A DNA stretch of 64,000 bases from Ophelia neglecta (Eukaryota). Position 1 is the stretch's first letter. The number at the start of each line of letters is the position of its first letter. Positions 13,009 through 24,302 of this stretch are shown one piece after another. The notes beneath the pieces were generated by a model. That model had not been told where the DNA came from. It saw only the letters and a list, made by a program, of their open reading frames with translations, and did not search any database. The DNA lies in NCBI GenBank assembly GCA_965285935.1, contig OZ260666.1, forward strand, positions 13,144,001 through 13,208,000, written 5' to 3'. Made by a program: the position numbers and the translations under genes.

Positions 13009-13328
13009 GTTGGCTTCAGCGTCCGGGCCAAGGTTATGTCTGCCACATTTCTATGGATCTACAACCTCAGCGTGGTGCAGGTTGATTCCATTTACATCGT
13101 CAAGTTCAACCACGACTTGACACAATTTTGTTAGGTTTACAAAAAACCGAAATCTTGAAACAGCCCCTAACCGGATCACTTTCAGCATAATAAACAATGA
13201 TACTTTCAAATTCACGTTGAACAACACGCCAAGGGCTGATGATGGAACCTATGAAATTTACATATTTATTTTTTCTCCCCAAATCGTAAGCAGAGACCAT
13301 GCATACTTGACAGTCATCCCAAAACCAG
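13009..13328 (+). pseudogene. Orphan frameshifted V-like Ig exon of the gene A/B family, inverted orientation
   Basis: Acceptor tatttcag|GT and donor CAG|gtaaaa are intact, but the length is 320 nt. It reads WLQRPGQGYVC / ATFLWIYNLSVVQVDSIYIVKF / HNFVRF...FKFTLNNTPRADDGTYEIYI...AYLTVIPKP across three frames. I found no downstream CPDR or TM exon on the plus strand. Confidence 0.8.
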
Positions 13329-16300
13329 GTAAAACTATTTTACTTGTAAAACTGTTCTTTCCTTTCCATGACCCAGCTGCGTATAGTTGTATTAACGCTT
13401 TTATACACACAATATAAAAAGCGTAGCCACGAAAGATTGACGGCGGTGTCCTGAGCCCTTGCATAATCTTTCTTGCCAATTTTTTTTATATGTCATTCAG
13501 AAATGTCATCCGAAATTGCATCCTCCTCCGTAAAGGTCCCGCACCTACGCTTGAGGCGATTAGAAATAACAAAGTGGATCTATATATATACTGTTAGACT
13601 TTTTTTTTTAAATCGGTGTTCCTAATGTGAAATTTATTCATCTATAAATAGCGTACAATGGAAATTTAGTTTCGATAATATCTGGATTTAGCCTGTAATA
13701 ATTTATAAATTGCTTTAAAATGGGAAAAAAACGTAGAAAGTTTTCGTCTTATATAACAGCCGAGTTGTGGCAAATGTCATAGATTAATGATTCCCAACAA
13801 AAATAAAAGTTTGACGGACGATAGGACTAAGCTATTATTCTTTAAAAACAGTTTTTCTTGATTATGTGCTTTATTGATTTAGCATTCTTAAATTGTGAGA
13901 GTATGAGTAAGCGGCATTTTTCGAAAATAAACACTTGACCAATATGTAATTAAACAGCGGGGTTTTTTTTTGACGCAAGGCATTAAATTAATTCTTATAG
14001 TGTCTAGACCTACAGACTAATGTCGATTAAATGCGGTTCTAATATGAATTTATCTCGTTGAAAAAGGCATTTAAAGAATGCATATATGTGCCTCAGTAAG
14101 ATACCCCAGGTTATGCTTGTCAAACACTTTGCTTCTTATAAACACATTTCATACTTTTTGAGATAGAAACAATTGTACATTGTACTATCAAATATGGATT
14201 TATATCCGAATCAATTCAGTATGGCAGTACTGTTCAATGGTACAGTGAATAGTACTGCCACTGTGTCACAGTTCCCAAAATTTGAAGATCAATGAAAACA
14301 AACTGTTCGTGAAAATACATCGTACTTATATAATGCCATTTTTTCTCCATAGATATTAAGTGAAAAAAGGTTGACCCATTGATTTTAAAATTAACCCATT
14401 AAAATTATTTCCAGTGTGTCATTTTTTTCCATAAACTGTCAATTCTAGAATAAACCCCTGCAATAATTGCCACACCAGCCAGTTTCAATATGTTACTTTG
14501 TTTATCTTGTAAATACTCCTTTATTTGAACACCATATACGTTACTCAGGTTTATCTTTGAATCTGAACATCTATTACTTTATGTTATTAGACCGATTAAA
14601 ACTCATAAAAGTGGGTATTGTTACCGGACTGCCGGCCGTGTAAATGGCACAAAAGACGCACAATAGGTAGTTTTCCAACTAGCAACACCTTATTTGGGTC
14701 ATCTTTGCTTTGCCATTTCGCTTTGTCACGCTCATTTCACAAGTTTTTCGAGGGTACAATTTAAATCTTTCAACTTTAGATTGAAAAAGTGATATGCTGA
14801 GAGGCCCTACTCCAAAAAGAACATGCCCTACATGATAATCCCATAGGCAATGTGTTTAATTCATGCTGTTGCGGCCTTTATTGTATAAATTACTTATGTC
14901 GCTAGCCTGTAGCTCATGCTAAGCAGCAAAGCCTTAAATTCAAATGCGTCTACAGTAGCTATGTCGAGAACCCTTGACAAGAGAGGCGAGACAAGTGGCC
15001 AATCTATATTCACAGTGTATAAACAACACATTTTTTTACAGTTACTAGGCTGATAATACTTTTAACATGATCGATCTATATAGATATAGGTGTACCACCT
15101 ATTTTCATGCACTGGCGGTGGTAAGATCAAATCTTGATATATGTTCAAAATGGCCGCAGGCTTATGTTATATTAAAAAATAAAGTTTATATCTTCCATAT
15201 GTTCTCTACTTACTATATTAAGGATAAACATAAATAAATCGCAAAAACTTTTGCTAGCTGCACAATTTGTTACCAATTAACGTAGTATGCAAAACATTTA
15301 AATGCGTAATACTTCCCTTACACTTACTTGACGTTGGCTACTCCTTCTTAAGTTTGAATGGTACATGAACAATTCTTATTCAATCGGCAGTCACATTGTC
15401 TCATCGTGTAGGGGCCAAATTATAAAAATAAGTTCCCTTGTCACTATCCGAAGAACGTCAATATCGCCCTGAACGCTTTGTATATTATAAACTTATCAAA
15501 AGCTGTACGTAATTTTACAAGAATAATTACCATTTATACTGGGCACGATATGCGATATACTTTATCGGCTCGGAGCTTCCTAAGAACACGTAGAGGCTAG
15601 AAACCGTTTTTCTAACGTTAATAGCCTCAGAACCTTATTTAACAAGGTTTGTCCACAGCGGATCCTTAATTTCTTGAAATCTATAGATCTCTACTACAAA
15701 ATGTAGTAGATCTACAACTTGGGAGCCATTTTTTTAAAAATGCGAAGGTTTATGGAACCTTCTTTTATCTATTTATTGAACCACTACCAAACCCATACTT
15801 TCCTTTAACGGCACTTTTTAGTCAGAAGAACATCTGACCCATGCACCTAGAAGATTTTTATAAAATAGAGTTCAATAACCGCTTACTTCTTACTATTATC
15901 CCCATGTAAATAAAAATAGACAGTACAATAAATAATATATAAATTATACCCAACGCAAGACACGAAATGGCCCACATGGTGCCTATGTGTCGCTAAGCCC
16001 CAATTTATAAATTAGAGAAAATTACAAACACACCAGGGAAAAATATTATTTTCTAATTCCTGTGTTAACCTAGTTTGGTGGATTTATAGGCAGATTTTTA
16101 AGTGTACGTGCAATTTGGAAGTTAGTAGAAAGGGGCGGATTTAGGTATGGGTGATATAGGAAACTATTAAACTAGAATTACTGAACAGGGCCTGACATCA
16201 CTTTTATGAAATACTTGCTCGAAACATAAAATTTGGGCATTGTTGACATATGTAATGAATGTGTATTACACCCGCTCGACTTACATTTTATTTTGCCCCG

Positions 16301-16612
16301 GGCAATCACACTTTATTTGACTTTTGGCCGTGCGCGATGCCTAAATCTCCTAGAATTGAAGGTAGCGAGCGAGCTTTTAGGTACTGACTATTTTTATCGG
16401 GAGGCGGCGGAGGTATTCATATTTCTGAGAGAGGAACCATCTTATTATAAAAAGCTATAGTACTAATTGAATACTAAATTATAAAGAAGCTATTCCCTTT
16501 GGGAATAATTGTCATTTTAAAATTAAGTTGTATGAATTATCATCATCGTTTCATTTAGAAATTACTAAAATCAATTGAATATATATGTATGTTTTTATTT
16601 GTGAATATAGGT

Positions 16613-16738
16613 TTAAAACTGGGTTTCTGATGTAATTTGTCCGCTTATTAAAGGGTTAGCTTCTTCACGTCTCGGCGAAACCACATGTCCTTCCATATTA
16701 TCGATCGTTTCGTCCGTACCATCGGCTCTGTCGTCTCC
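16613..16738 (-). CDS. Gene B terminal exon, 41-aa acidic tail
   Basis: Acceptor ctttcttcttgttatag. GDDRADGTDETIDNMEGHVVSPRREEANPLISGQITSETQF*. DETIDN matches DEIIDN at the start of gene A exon 5. Not in the ORF track. Confidence 0.72.
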   Translation of the reverse strand, partial: GDDRADGTDETIDNMEGHVVSPRREEANPLISGQITSETQF

Positions 16739-19700
16739 CTATAACAAGAAGAAAGAATATGTCATACTTACGCATAATGCATAAGCAAAAGTGTGTTTTA
16801 TACTGTTAGTCCGGGCCCTTAGCGAGTTTTAAGGGGGGGGGGGGGGTGGTTCAGATTCGTCTACAATTACCAAATTTCGCCCAGATGTAGACCAGAACGT
16901 ACTCTTGATTTTTGGAGGGCGCCGAGACAGGCGCTCACTAGGGCAGGAAAATTGGTTAAATCAAAGATTGCCGCCAGCCGGAATGCCTTAATATCATAAC
17001 TTCGGAGCTAGAAGTCATAGGATCATAAATGAAAGCATTATTTATAGGCTTTTACCTCAAGGATTCCAAATATTACCTCAGTTTTAACATTAAAGGTGAG
17101 GTTAACCCCCTAATGCATATAGAATGTAATTAGGCTGATTTGAAAGTTATAGACATGCAACATTTTAGAGTCAAAGATTAGATCATATTACAGTTCACTA
17201 CTGATATACAAACTATGGCAAATAAAGCCAAACTCATAAGGTTTACGAATCATCTTAATGGTCCAAGTCCTTTTCCTCTGTGTTTTTATATTACAAACAT
17301 AAATGTGGCAACAATTAAGAATGCTACCCCGCGTTTGTTACAAATATGCTGAGCTCGAGTCATGTGGTAACTACAAACTGTAATGTGATGACAACTCTTC
17401 TTTTCACAATTGTCACGTCCTGATGTAGATATTGCAGAGCATTTTCACTATGAATAGCAAAGACCGTTAGGCAGACCGTGGTTCACTTCGATCAGGAAAA
17501 TTGTCTGACATTCTGGACTGTATCAAAATGCCAACTGTACAAGCAGTTCCATCTCCTCATCAACGGCGTGGTACAGGTCCACGGACTGGGAGTAGGGGAT
17601 GACAGCACATGCATCCCAAAGCGTAATTAGAATCGTGGGTTCCTCAAAAATGAGGAAAACAAAAAGGACTGCATGTTTTACTCAGAAAGGAGATTTTCTA
17701 GAAAGATATGAGTGGGAGGTTCCTCTTAAGCACCAAGTTGGAGTGTGCCCTCTAACCAACCCTATGATGTATCAGCCCTCCAACCCTGTAACCACTCTGA
17801 GGCAGACACAAGGATATTCCTCTTCGCAAATGTTGCAGCAAAGGGTCACAGAACAGCCTAAATATGTCCCGTTGACAGCGAATAAGTACTTCTTGCTGTA
17901 CCATACTTCACCTCACTTGGTTTTTCATAGCTGTGGGCGGGCCATGGTATTGGGAAAAATTTCCATGATATTCCCAAACATGATATCTGGTCTCATCTTT
18001 GACCCTCCAAGTCGCTGGCATTGCCACTCTTCCATGCAATCACAGGATGTGATACAACATCACAGTTCCTTGCCTATGGACAGAAGACTGCCTGGGCATC
18101 TTAGCAAAGCACTCAAGGCTTCACTGAAGCACTGGTGGCCCTCACCCGAGACCCATGACTCTTCACCCTTCTGCCTCCAAACATGCAAAAGCTAAAAAGA
18201 TGCTTGGTAATCATGTACAGAAAGTGCTGTGGTTCGTCCAAGGTCTATGAAGCCAGGTACCGTATGTTTACCTATGGGGACATAGCAGTCAAATCTGTAG
18301 ATAACACATGGAATATTATTGTGTTGTTATCTTTGCCTGATAAATATATGTCTCAAAATTGCAGAGTGCAAAATGCGGCAGCAGGAATACTGACTGGGTT
18401 GCCCCTTGTAACCCTATTATTCCCATCCTATTTGAACTCCACTGGCTACCAGTGAATTTCGAAAAACATTTGTTTTAAGTTTGTATGCTGGTTTTTAAGG
18501 TATTCTTACATTTGAACCCTTATTTAACAAAAAGGTCAGCTATATGTTTATTGTTGGTGGCCCCCAGGTCAAGAGCAGTAATGCAAAGCTAACACAGGTG
18601 TTCCACCCCTGCACAGCAGATCTGTGGAACTCTCTTCCATGCAATTTAGAATCTATTTAGAATTTAATGATTTTAAATATCCAAACAAAAACTCAATTGT
18701 TCAGGGTGCTTACGATAAACTGATATGTGATTATTCTAGTCGTTTTTATATATTCAATATTCCTTTTTTGCTAATTCGTATAGCGTAACTTTAAATTGGT
18801 TATAACTATGTATTGATTGGTCCAAATTTTATGCAGAGTATAATTTGTTTTATGTATACATGTATGTACAGCGCTTTGAGCTTATTTTGGAAAAGTACTA
18901 TGTAAACGTTTAAAAATTATGCTTTACTAGATTTGATAATAATGAACAAACCTGTTTTGATTGTTGATATTTGTGGCGATAGAACAAAGCAGCCAGTACA
19001 CTGATCAGTGCGACTATTGTTAAAATGACGATCACCACAATTAATACAACAATCAGTGATATGTTGTCGGTACCGTTGTCGGAACATAATGGCGAGGTTA
19101 CTGTTGATGTAATTGGTGCCTTTTGGGTTCTAGAGGACAAGGTTTCCATTTTATATTGGGTAGTCTGTGCCGAAGAATCTATAAGATAGAAACCGACAAT
19201 TGTAAAGCTAGTTTCCATTGACAGAAGAAAGCAACAAAGAAATAAAAGAAAAATAGCATTGTAATATCAAGAGCAGTAACGACTCACACTAAAGAACATT
19301 GTACCGAAATTAAGGATACCTGTGGACTTAATATAAAATGTTGTTATGCTTGGTTCACGCGCCACGAATGCAAGTTTGACTATGACTTCTTCATCCTGTT
19401 TACTTGAAAAGAAAATCTCCACTTCACACTCCGTCTCTATATTTTTCCTTCCACTGCAGGCTTGAGCCATTTGGTTCATGTATATAGTACACTCTACAGG
19501 TGGCTCAGCCGCTGGTATCGTAGATCGTAGGGTTATATTTCCAGGCTTGTTCATCTCTATCCGTTTGTTGTTATATATAGGTTCCGTCACAGGCTTCCCA
19601 CACTTATTTGTTATATAGAGAACGGGATACTCATATTTTGGACGGTCAGGGCAGGCTGAAATATTAACACAGTTAATGCTTACTACATAATAGATGGTCT

Positions 19701-20921
19701 TATATCCTAGATTGTATGTGTTCCCATAAAATAATGATTATTTATTATTAGGGAAAGCTTTGGTATTAACTGAAGAAGCATCTTTTCTATTCTGTTTTCT
19801 TCAATATGTTTTCCCCTCTCCCTCTTCTCTCATTTACATGTATAATGAATATACTTAAACATATTATTATAAGTCCGGGTAAATAAGCTGATCTATAGCT
19901 TCACCCTATTGCTAAATATATGTTGTATACAATCATTTATGGATGTATGTATGTATCAAAATAGCAATAAACTGCTGAAAACTGAAAATATTTAATTTTA
20001 CGGGTTTCGATGAAAACAGCTATATTTGCACACTGCCTTGTTATAGGTAATAAAGAATGATAAATTAACCTTTACCTGTTTTTCTTATCACAATTAGACT
20101 GGCAGATTTCGAAAGTATCACGTCTGCATTCGCAGGAAGAATGTTTATCGAATATGTACCATTGTCCGATATTGAAGCATTTTTCAGGGTGAATCCATAG
20201 GAACTATCATTAATGTAAGTAAACCGGGGGTCGACCTCTAAGGGATCCTTGTTCGGGTACATTTCCACCAGATTTTTCCAATCCGGAGGGTCTTTTGTAA
20301 ACTGTGCAAATTGAAAAATCTCAATAGCATGATGGTAGTTCCATATCAACTGGGTCGATTCACCTTCGCATACGTACACTGGATCCGGGCTCTCTAGCCA
20401 GTCTGCAAATAGTTCCATATTAAAATTACATGAACTTTGATATGTTCTTATGAAAGTTGTTACTTAACGATAAGCAACAAACTGTAATGTAATAGATAGA
20501 TACCAATCGTCATTTAAAGTCCAAACAAGATGTAACAAAGAAATTATGAACGGATAGTGAAAACTACTATTTTGACAGATATATAAATATCAAACCTGCA
20601 CGAAGAAACGAAAATATTTGTTTTGTTTTTTCATAAACTCTGAGTTGGGAACATCGACGATTTTCTTTACTTGCATGTAGTTCAGTTTTCTTATTATTAG
20701 TTTGATTTTATAGTTGGAGCAGATTATATTTGTCAAATATTGCAATGCTAGGCACAGCATTCATTAATGAAACAAGTATTATCACATCCGATACGTGGTG
20801 TATAATTTTGTGATGGTCTAAAGCAAATATATGAGTTCTTACTATTATTTGGCTGATCGCTTCCGATCAGGTACACATGTATAATCGGTATAATTAAAAC
20901 TTGAGCATTCATTCGCGCCAT
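16613..20921 (-). CDS. Gene B: type I IgSF membrane receptor, paralog of gene A, short cytoplasmic tail without ankyrins (~364 aa)
   Basis: Exons 20921-20843, 20402-20076, 19655-19320, 19178-18952 and 16738-16613. GT-AG introns with phases 1,1,1,0; 1095 nt in frame; AATAAA 14 nt after the stop. The first coding exon and start codon are less certain. Confidence 0.82.
16807..18285 (+). mobile_element. Degenerate Academ-like DNA transposon (XPG/FEN1-like nuclease transposase remnant) in the last intron of gene B
   Basis: Broken frames give SLRSGKLSDILDCI, QPCNHSEADTRIFL and GIGKNFHDIPKHDI..L*PSKSLALPLFHAITGCDTTSQFLAYGQKTAW. These are the EADT and GCD motifs of XPG-like nucleases, as in Academ transposases. 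In-frame stops are present. Possible terminus TAGTCCGGGCCCTTAGCG at 16807. Confidence 0.72.
18357..18720 (+). mobile_element. L2/CR1-group LINE 3' fragment
   Basis: RVQNAAAGILTG followed by frameshifted PIIPILFELHWLPV, the typical L2 ORF2 C-terminal signature. Confidence 0.75.
18952..19178 (-). CDS. Gene B exon 4, stalk + TM
   Basis: Thr/Ser stalk, then ISLIVVLIVVIVILTIVALISVLAALFY, then RHK. Donor CAG|gtttgt, phase 0. Confidence 0.9.
19320..19655 (-). CDS. Gene B exon 3, second extracellular domain
   Basis: 336 nt, the same length as gene A exon 3. ACPDRPKYEYPVLY...KPGNITL...AEPPVEC. Confidence 0.9.
20076..20402 (-). CDS. Gene B exon 2, atypical V-set-like Ig domain
   Basis: 327 nt, phase 1-1. 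WLESPDPVYVCEGESTQLIWNY...RFTY..YGFTLKNASISDNGTYSINI...ASLIVI. Confidence 0.9.
20843..20921 (-). CDS. Gene B putative signal-peptide exon (coding part; exon probably begins at 20953)
   Basis: MARMNAQVLIIPIIHVYLIGSDQPNN with phase-1 donor A|gtaaga. A strong polypyrimidine acceptor ctctttctctcctccag at 20955-20954 implies a further upstream exon (candidate donor |gtaagt at 21084). Confidence 0.55.
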
Positions 20922-23829
20922 TAAAGACCCATAGTGTAGGAGGATAGCCCGTTCTGGAGGAGAGAAAGAGAGCAAACAATCATCATATTCTTTCAAATGT
21001 ATTACAATAGTGTAAATGGTATGCCAAAATATATTTATACAGCGGGTTTTTTTATGATCCTAGTAGTGTAAAATTTAAACTTACTTTTTGTTAAGATCCG
21101 CATATTCCCATGGATTAGCCCATGATTGGTCTATTTTGGACCATTTTTATTCCCAAAGCTTGTATCTTTCTTGGTTGATTTTATGGTAGAACTGCGAAAA
21201 TGGAAAATACCGACTCTTTATATGACTAATTGTTCTGACCCACTATTGAATACAAAACAGTGTTAACGACTGTGTAAATGCTGTTATATTTTTAGGAGTG
21301 TTTGTAATCAGACTATTCAGTGGACTTTACCCCAAAGCGTGATTTGCGCATCAGACAATGGATCTACATTAGAGCCGGATTTTAATAACCCTGACTGATC
21401 GTAACTAGGAATCTACCACATATCGAGTCAGTAAACATACACGAAGACTTAAAATTACCGTATCCTATGTCTCAACATGGGGACCAATTAAATTATTTTA
21501 CATGGAAATGCATTCATGCTTCGTCATGCATATATGTGAATGAATATAAATTCACCTGTTATTACGACCGTCCTACCCTGTGATAAAAGTGATTTTTTTT
21601 ACTTGACAAATAATATTTCCGAATTAGAAGTTCATATAAAATCCCGCATTGACTCGACAATTGTTATACTGTGCGTCCGGATAAAACGGGAAATCGTCTT
21701 CTCGAAAAACAATCATTATTTCCATTTAACTCAATTAAGGGGTTTCCTCTACTTGCGGAGCTTTAAACAAGTCCCTGAATCTTTGTATAAGAAAGCCGGC
21801 CATAACCAAGTCAATTAATAAGTGGTTTTAGGCACAATATATGCTGAAAGATTGGCCCAGGCTAGTTGTTTCAAGAAATCTTTTTGTTATGGCGCAAATA
21901 TATTTGAATGTTGATAACAAGTCACAACATGAAATCAGGTTAACAGTGCTTAACATATATGTACAAACATATAATGCACTTGAACCGAGCAAACATTGAT
22001 ACACTGTACACCTTCCACGTACAATGCATCCGTTGTCAATGTTGCAGGTCTGTTTTTTTGCCAACAGTTTGATAAGTTTATATAAAAACCCATAAAATTA
22101 CTGATAATGCAATAGTAAATATATTGCATAAATCACGGCTTGATAATGAGGAAGTTAATATTTATTTACCTTCTTCTATTTTCATAACCTGCACAATCGT
22201 TTCCAGATAAAACCTTTGCACAATTAGACAACATATAGCAATGGTGTTTATGTAGTCAGAAACTTTGTTTACCAACTTTGCTCCTCCTAGCAACCGGCAC
22301 GAATCAACAGATTACGCTTCACGTAAGTGCACGCGATATCAAGTGTACAGGATATAGAGGCTAATCGCCTTAAAATGACTACAAATACCACCCACTTTAA
22401 ATTATTTGGGAAATAGTGAAACGTTTCATTGCTAATAGCATGTTTCTTTAGATTGGTGTTCAACACGGCCATCTTGTGTCGCGTGTCGGGGGCTGAGTTG
22501 TAAAGGCGAAATGGGGTGGATGGATTTGATTTCACACGAACTTTGTTGAAGCTACAAGCAAGTCTAGTCGTCATATATGGTGTTCATGTACCGCCTGTAC
22601 CAACTGGCGTTGTTTATAAAAAACGTCTTTATATACTCCCACCTTTGTCTAGTAAAACATGAATGTTGACGGCGGAACGATTTTTGTATGGCGGCCATCT
22701 TGGATTCAGTCTAGTGCGACCCCCTAAATCTAAAATTATTTGCTGCAAGTTTTGTCACATTAGTTTCATGATTTAAGTGTCAAGTGTCTAGTTCACATAA
22801 TTGTGAAGGTCAAGGAGAACAAAACGTGTCTTCATTTGCAATTTATGGCTACGGCACAAAACCAGACTTGAATAGCCTTACCCTTCAAATGAACGTCAAC
22901 CCGCACCCTATTCCAAAGATATAAGGCTTTATCTCCCCCCCCCCCCCCCCACACACACACACACCCATTGTGCCTCCATAAATGACCTTGAAATCCGCCT
23001 GTGCTGCTGAACACATCTTTATGAAACCGGTAAATACAGGATGCCTACTTTGTTTTGTTTTAGTGATACTTTATGTTTGCCTCAGTGGCTTACAGCGTGA
23101 ATTAGAGAAATATCAAATTGATGTAAGCGGTGCAACTCATCTAGGTATGCTGCAATTCACGATGATGGATGTTTATTACACAATGAGTTGTCTTATTAAA
23201 ATATCATAGACAAATATAGTATATAAGTAAGTAAGTAATTTTATTTATCATGATGTGCGAAACTACAAATTCATTGTTAATAAAAAGAAGACAAATTAAC
23301 GAGTGTCTTATATAACCGCAAAATAAGCTGTTATAGGATACTTATTTTAAAAATATTCTTTAAACAATAAAATGATACACAAGCTGATACCTTATAGAAA
23401 AATTGTGTTTAAATGGAAAGTTGTTGATAGTAGCAAAAGACACAATGCACATATATTTCGCGTGTGAATGTATATCTACAATATGGATAAAGGTTGTTGG
23501 CTCTAAAATGTGCACCTTGCGAATGGAAACGTCTTGTTTTAGGAATTCAAAGTAACAATATTCATGGGAAATTTAGAAATATTTATTATCAGTAAACTGC
23601 ATAAAATGTCACTTGAGTGAAAGCAATTGAAACCCTTAACAAAATTGAATTATATATCTTATTGTTACATAAAAATGAAAATGTATTTCTGGAAATCAGT
23701 TATTCCCAACTTCCTCCTTGTGAAAAAAAATATTACCCATGTGGAATCAAATACTAGATTCATAAAATTTAAGGCTGCTTCAATACAGATTTAAACCAAA
23801 AAGTACAGTATAGAGCGAAGTCTGTCTAG

Positions 23830-24045
23830 AAAATAATGACGGATCAAGATGAAGATGACTGTATGAATATGCAAAGAGTGGGTTGGACCATAATCCTGGA
23901 AGAGATCCCTCATATATCTAGCGGCCATTCCATTAATGCACTTGTAGCCGAAAGAGCTCATAATAAAGTTCATGCGCTGCTTGATAGAAGGCCAATACGG
24001 TGACCGCACAACAGGTGACATAATAGAGTCACTTTTGCAAGTAGT
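23830..24045 (-). mobile_element. L2-type LINE fragment
   Basis: MSPVVRSPYWPSIKQRMNF...YKCINGMAARYMRDLFQDYGPTHSL resembles the L2 consensus ITPVLxxLHWLPxxQRIxFK...YKxLxGLAPxYLxDL. Confidence 0.7.
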
Positions 24046-24216
24046 ATTAGGCGAACGCGGCCCTTTATTACCCATAGTCCTAATTACTCTTGTTCATCTG
24101 ATTATTATATTGCAATAGCTTTTGGTAAATATCGATATCTGTCGCATAAGCGTCAAGGTATCAAAGCGGATATACTTCGTATTAGAAATGCATATATACA
24201 ATTTGGTGGTCAACTT

Positions 24217-24302
24217 TCACTGGAGGGTGTTGTCAATATCCGGAGACGCGTTCAAGGAATCACTGGCAATGTTGTTCTCGGCATTGGTCTTTCCTTTTCT
24301 AC
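24217..24302 (-). CDS. Gene C terminal exon, short cytoplasmic tail
   Basis: Acceptor tattcatctcaag. RRKGKTNAENNIASDSLNASPDIDNTLQ*; basic residues directly follow TM2. Confidence 0.68.

Noticed and set aside
13329-15060. V(D)J-type recombination signals near the orphan V exon
   Set aside because: CACAGTG occurs at 15011 and 8241, but no ACAAAAACC-like nonamer follows at 12 or 23 spacing and neither abuts the exon.
17599-18195. 198-aa ORF as a host gene
   Set aside because: It is an off-frame reading of the decayed Academ-like transposase; the recognisable motifs are in other frames with stops.
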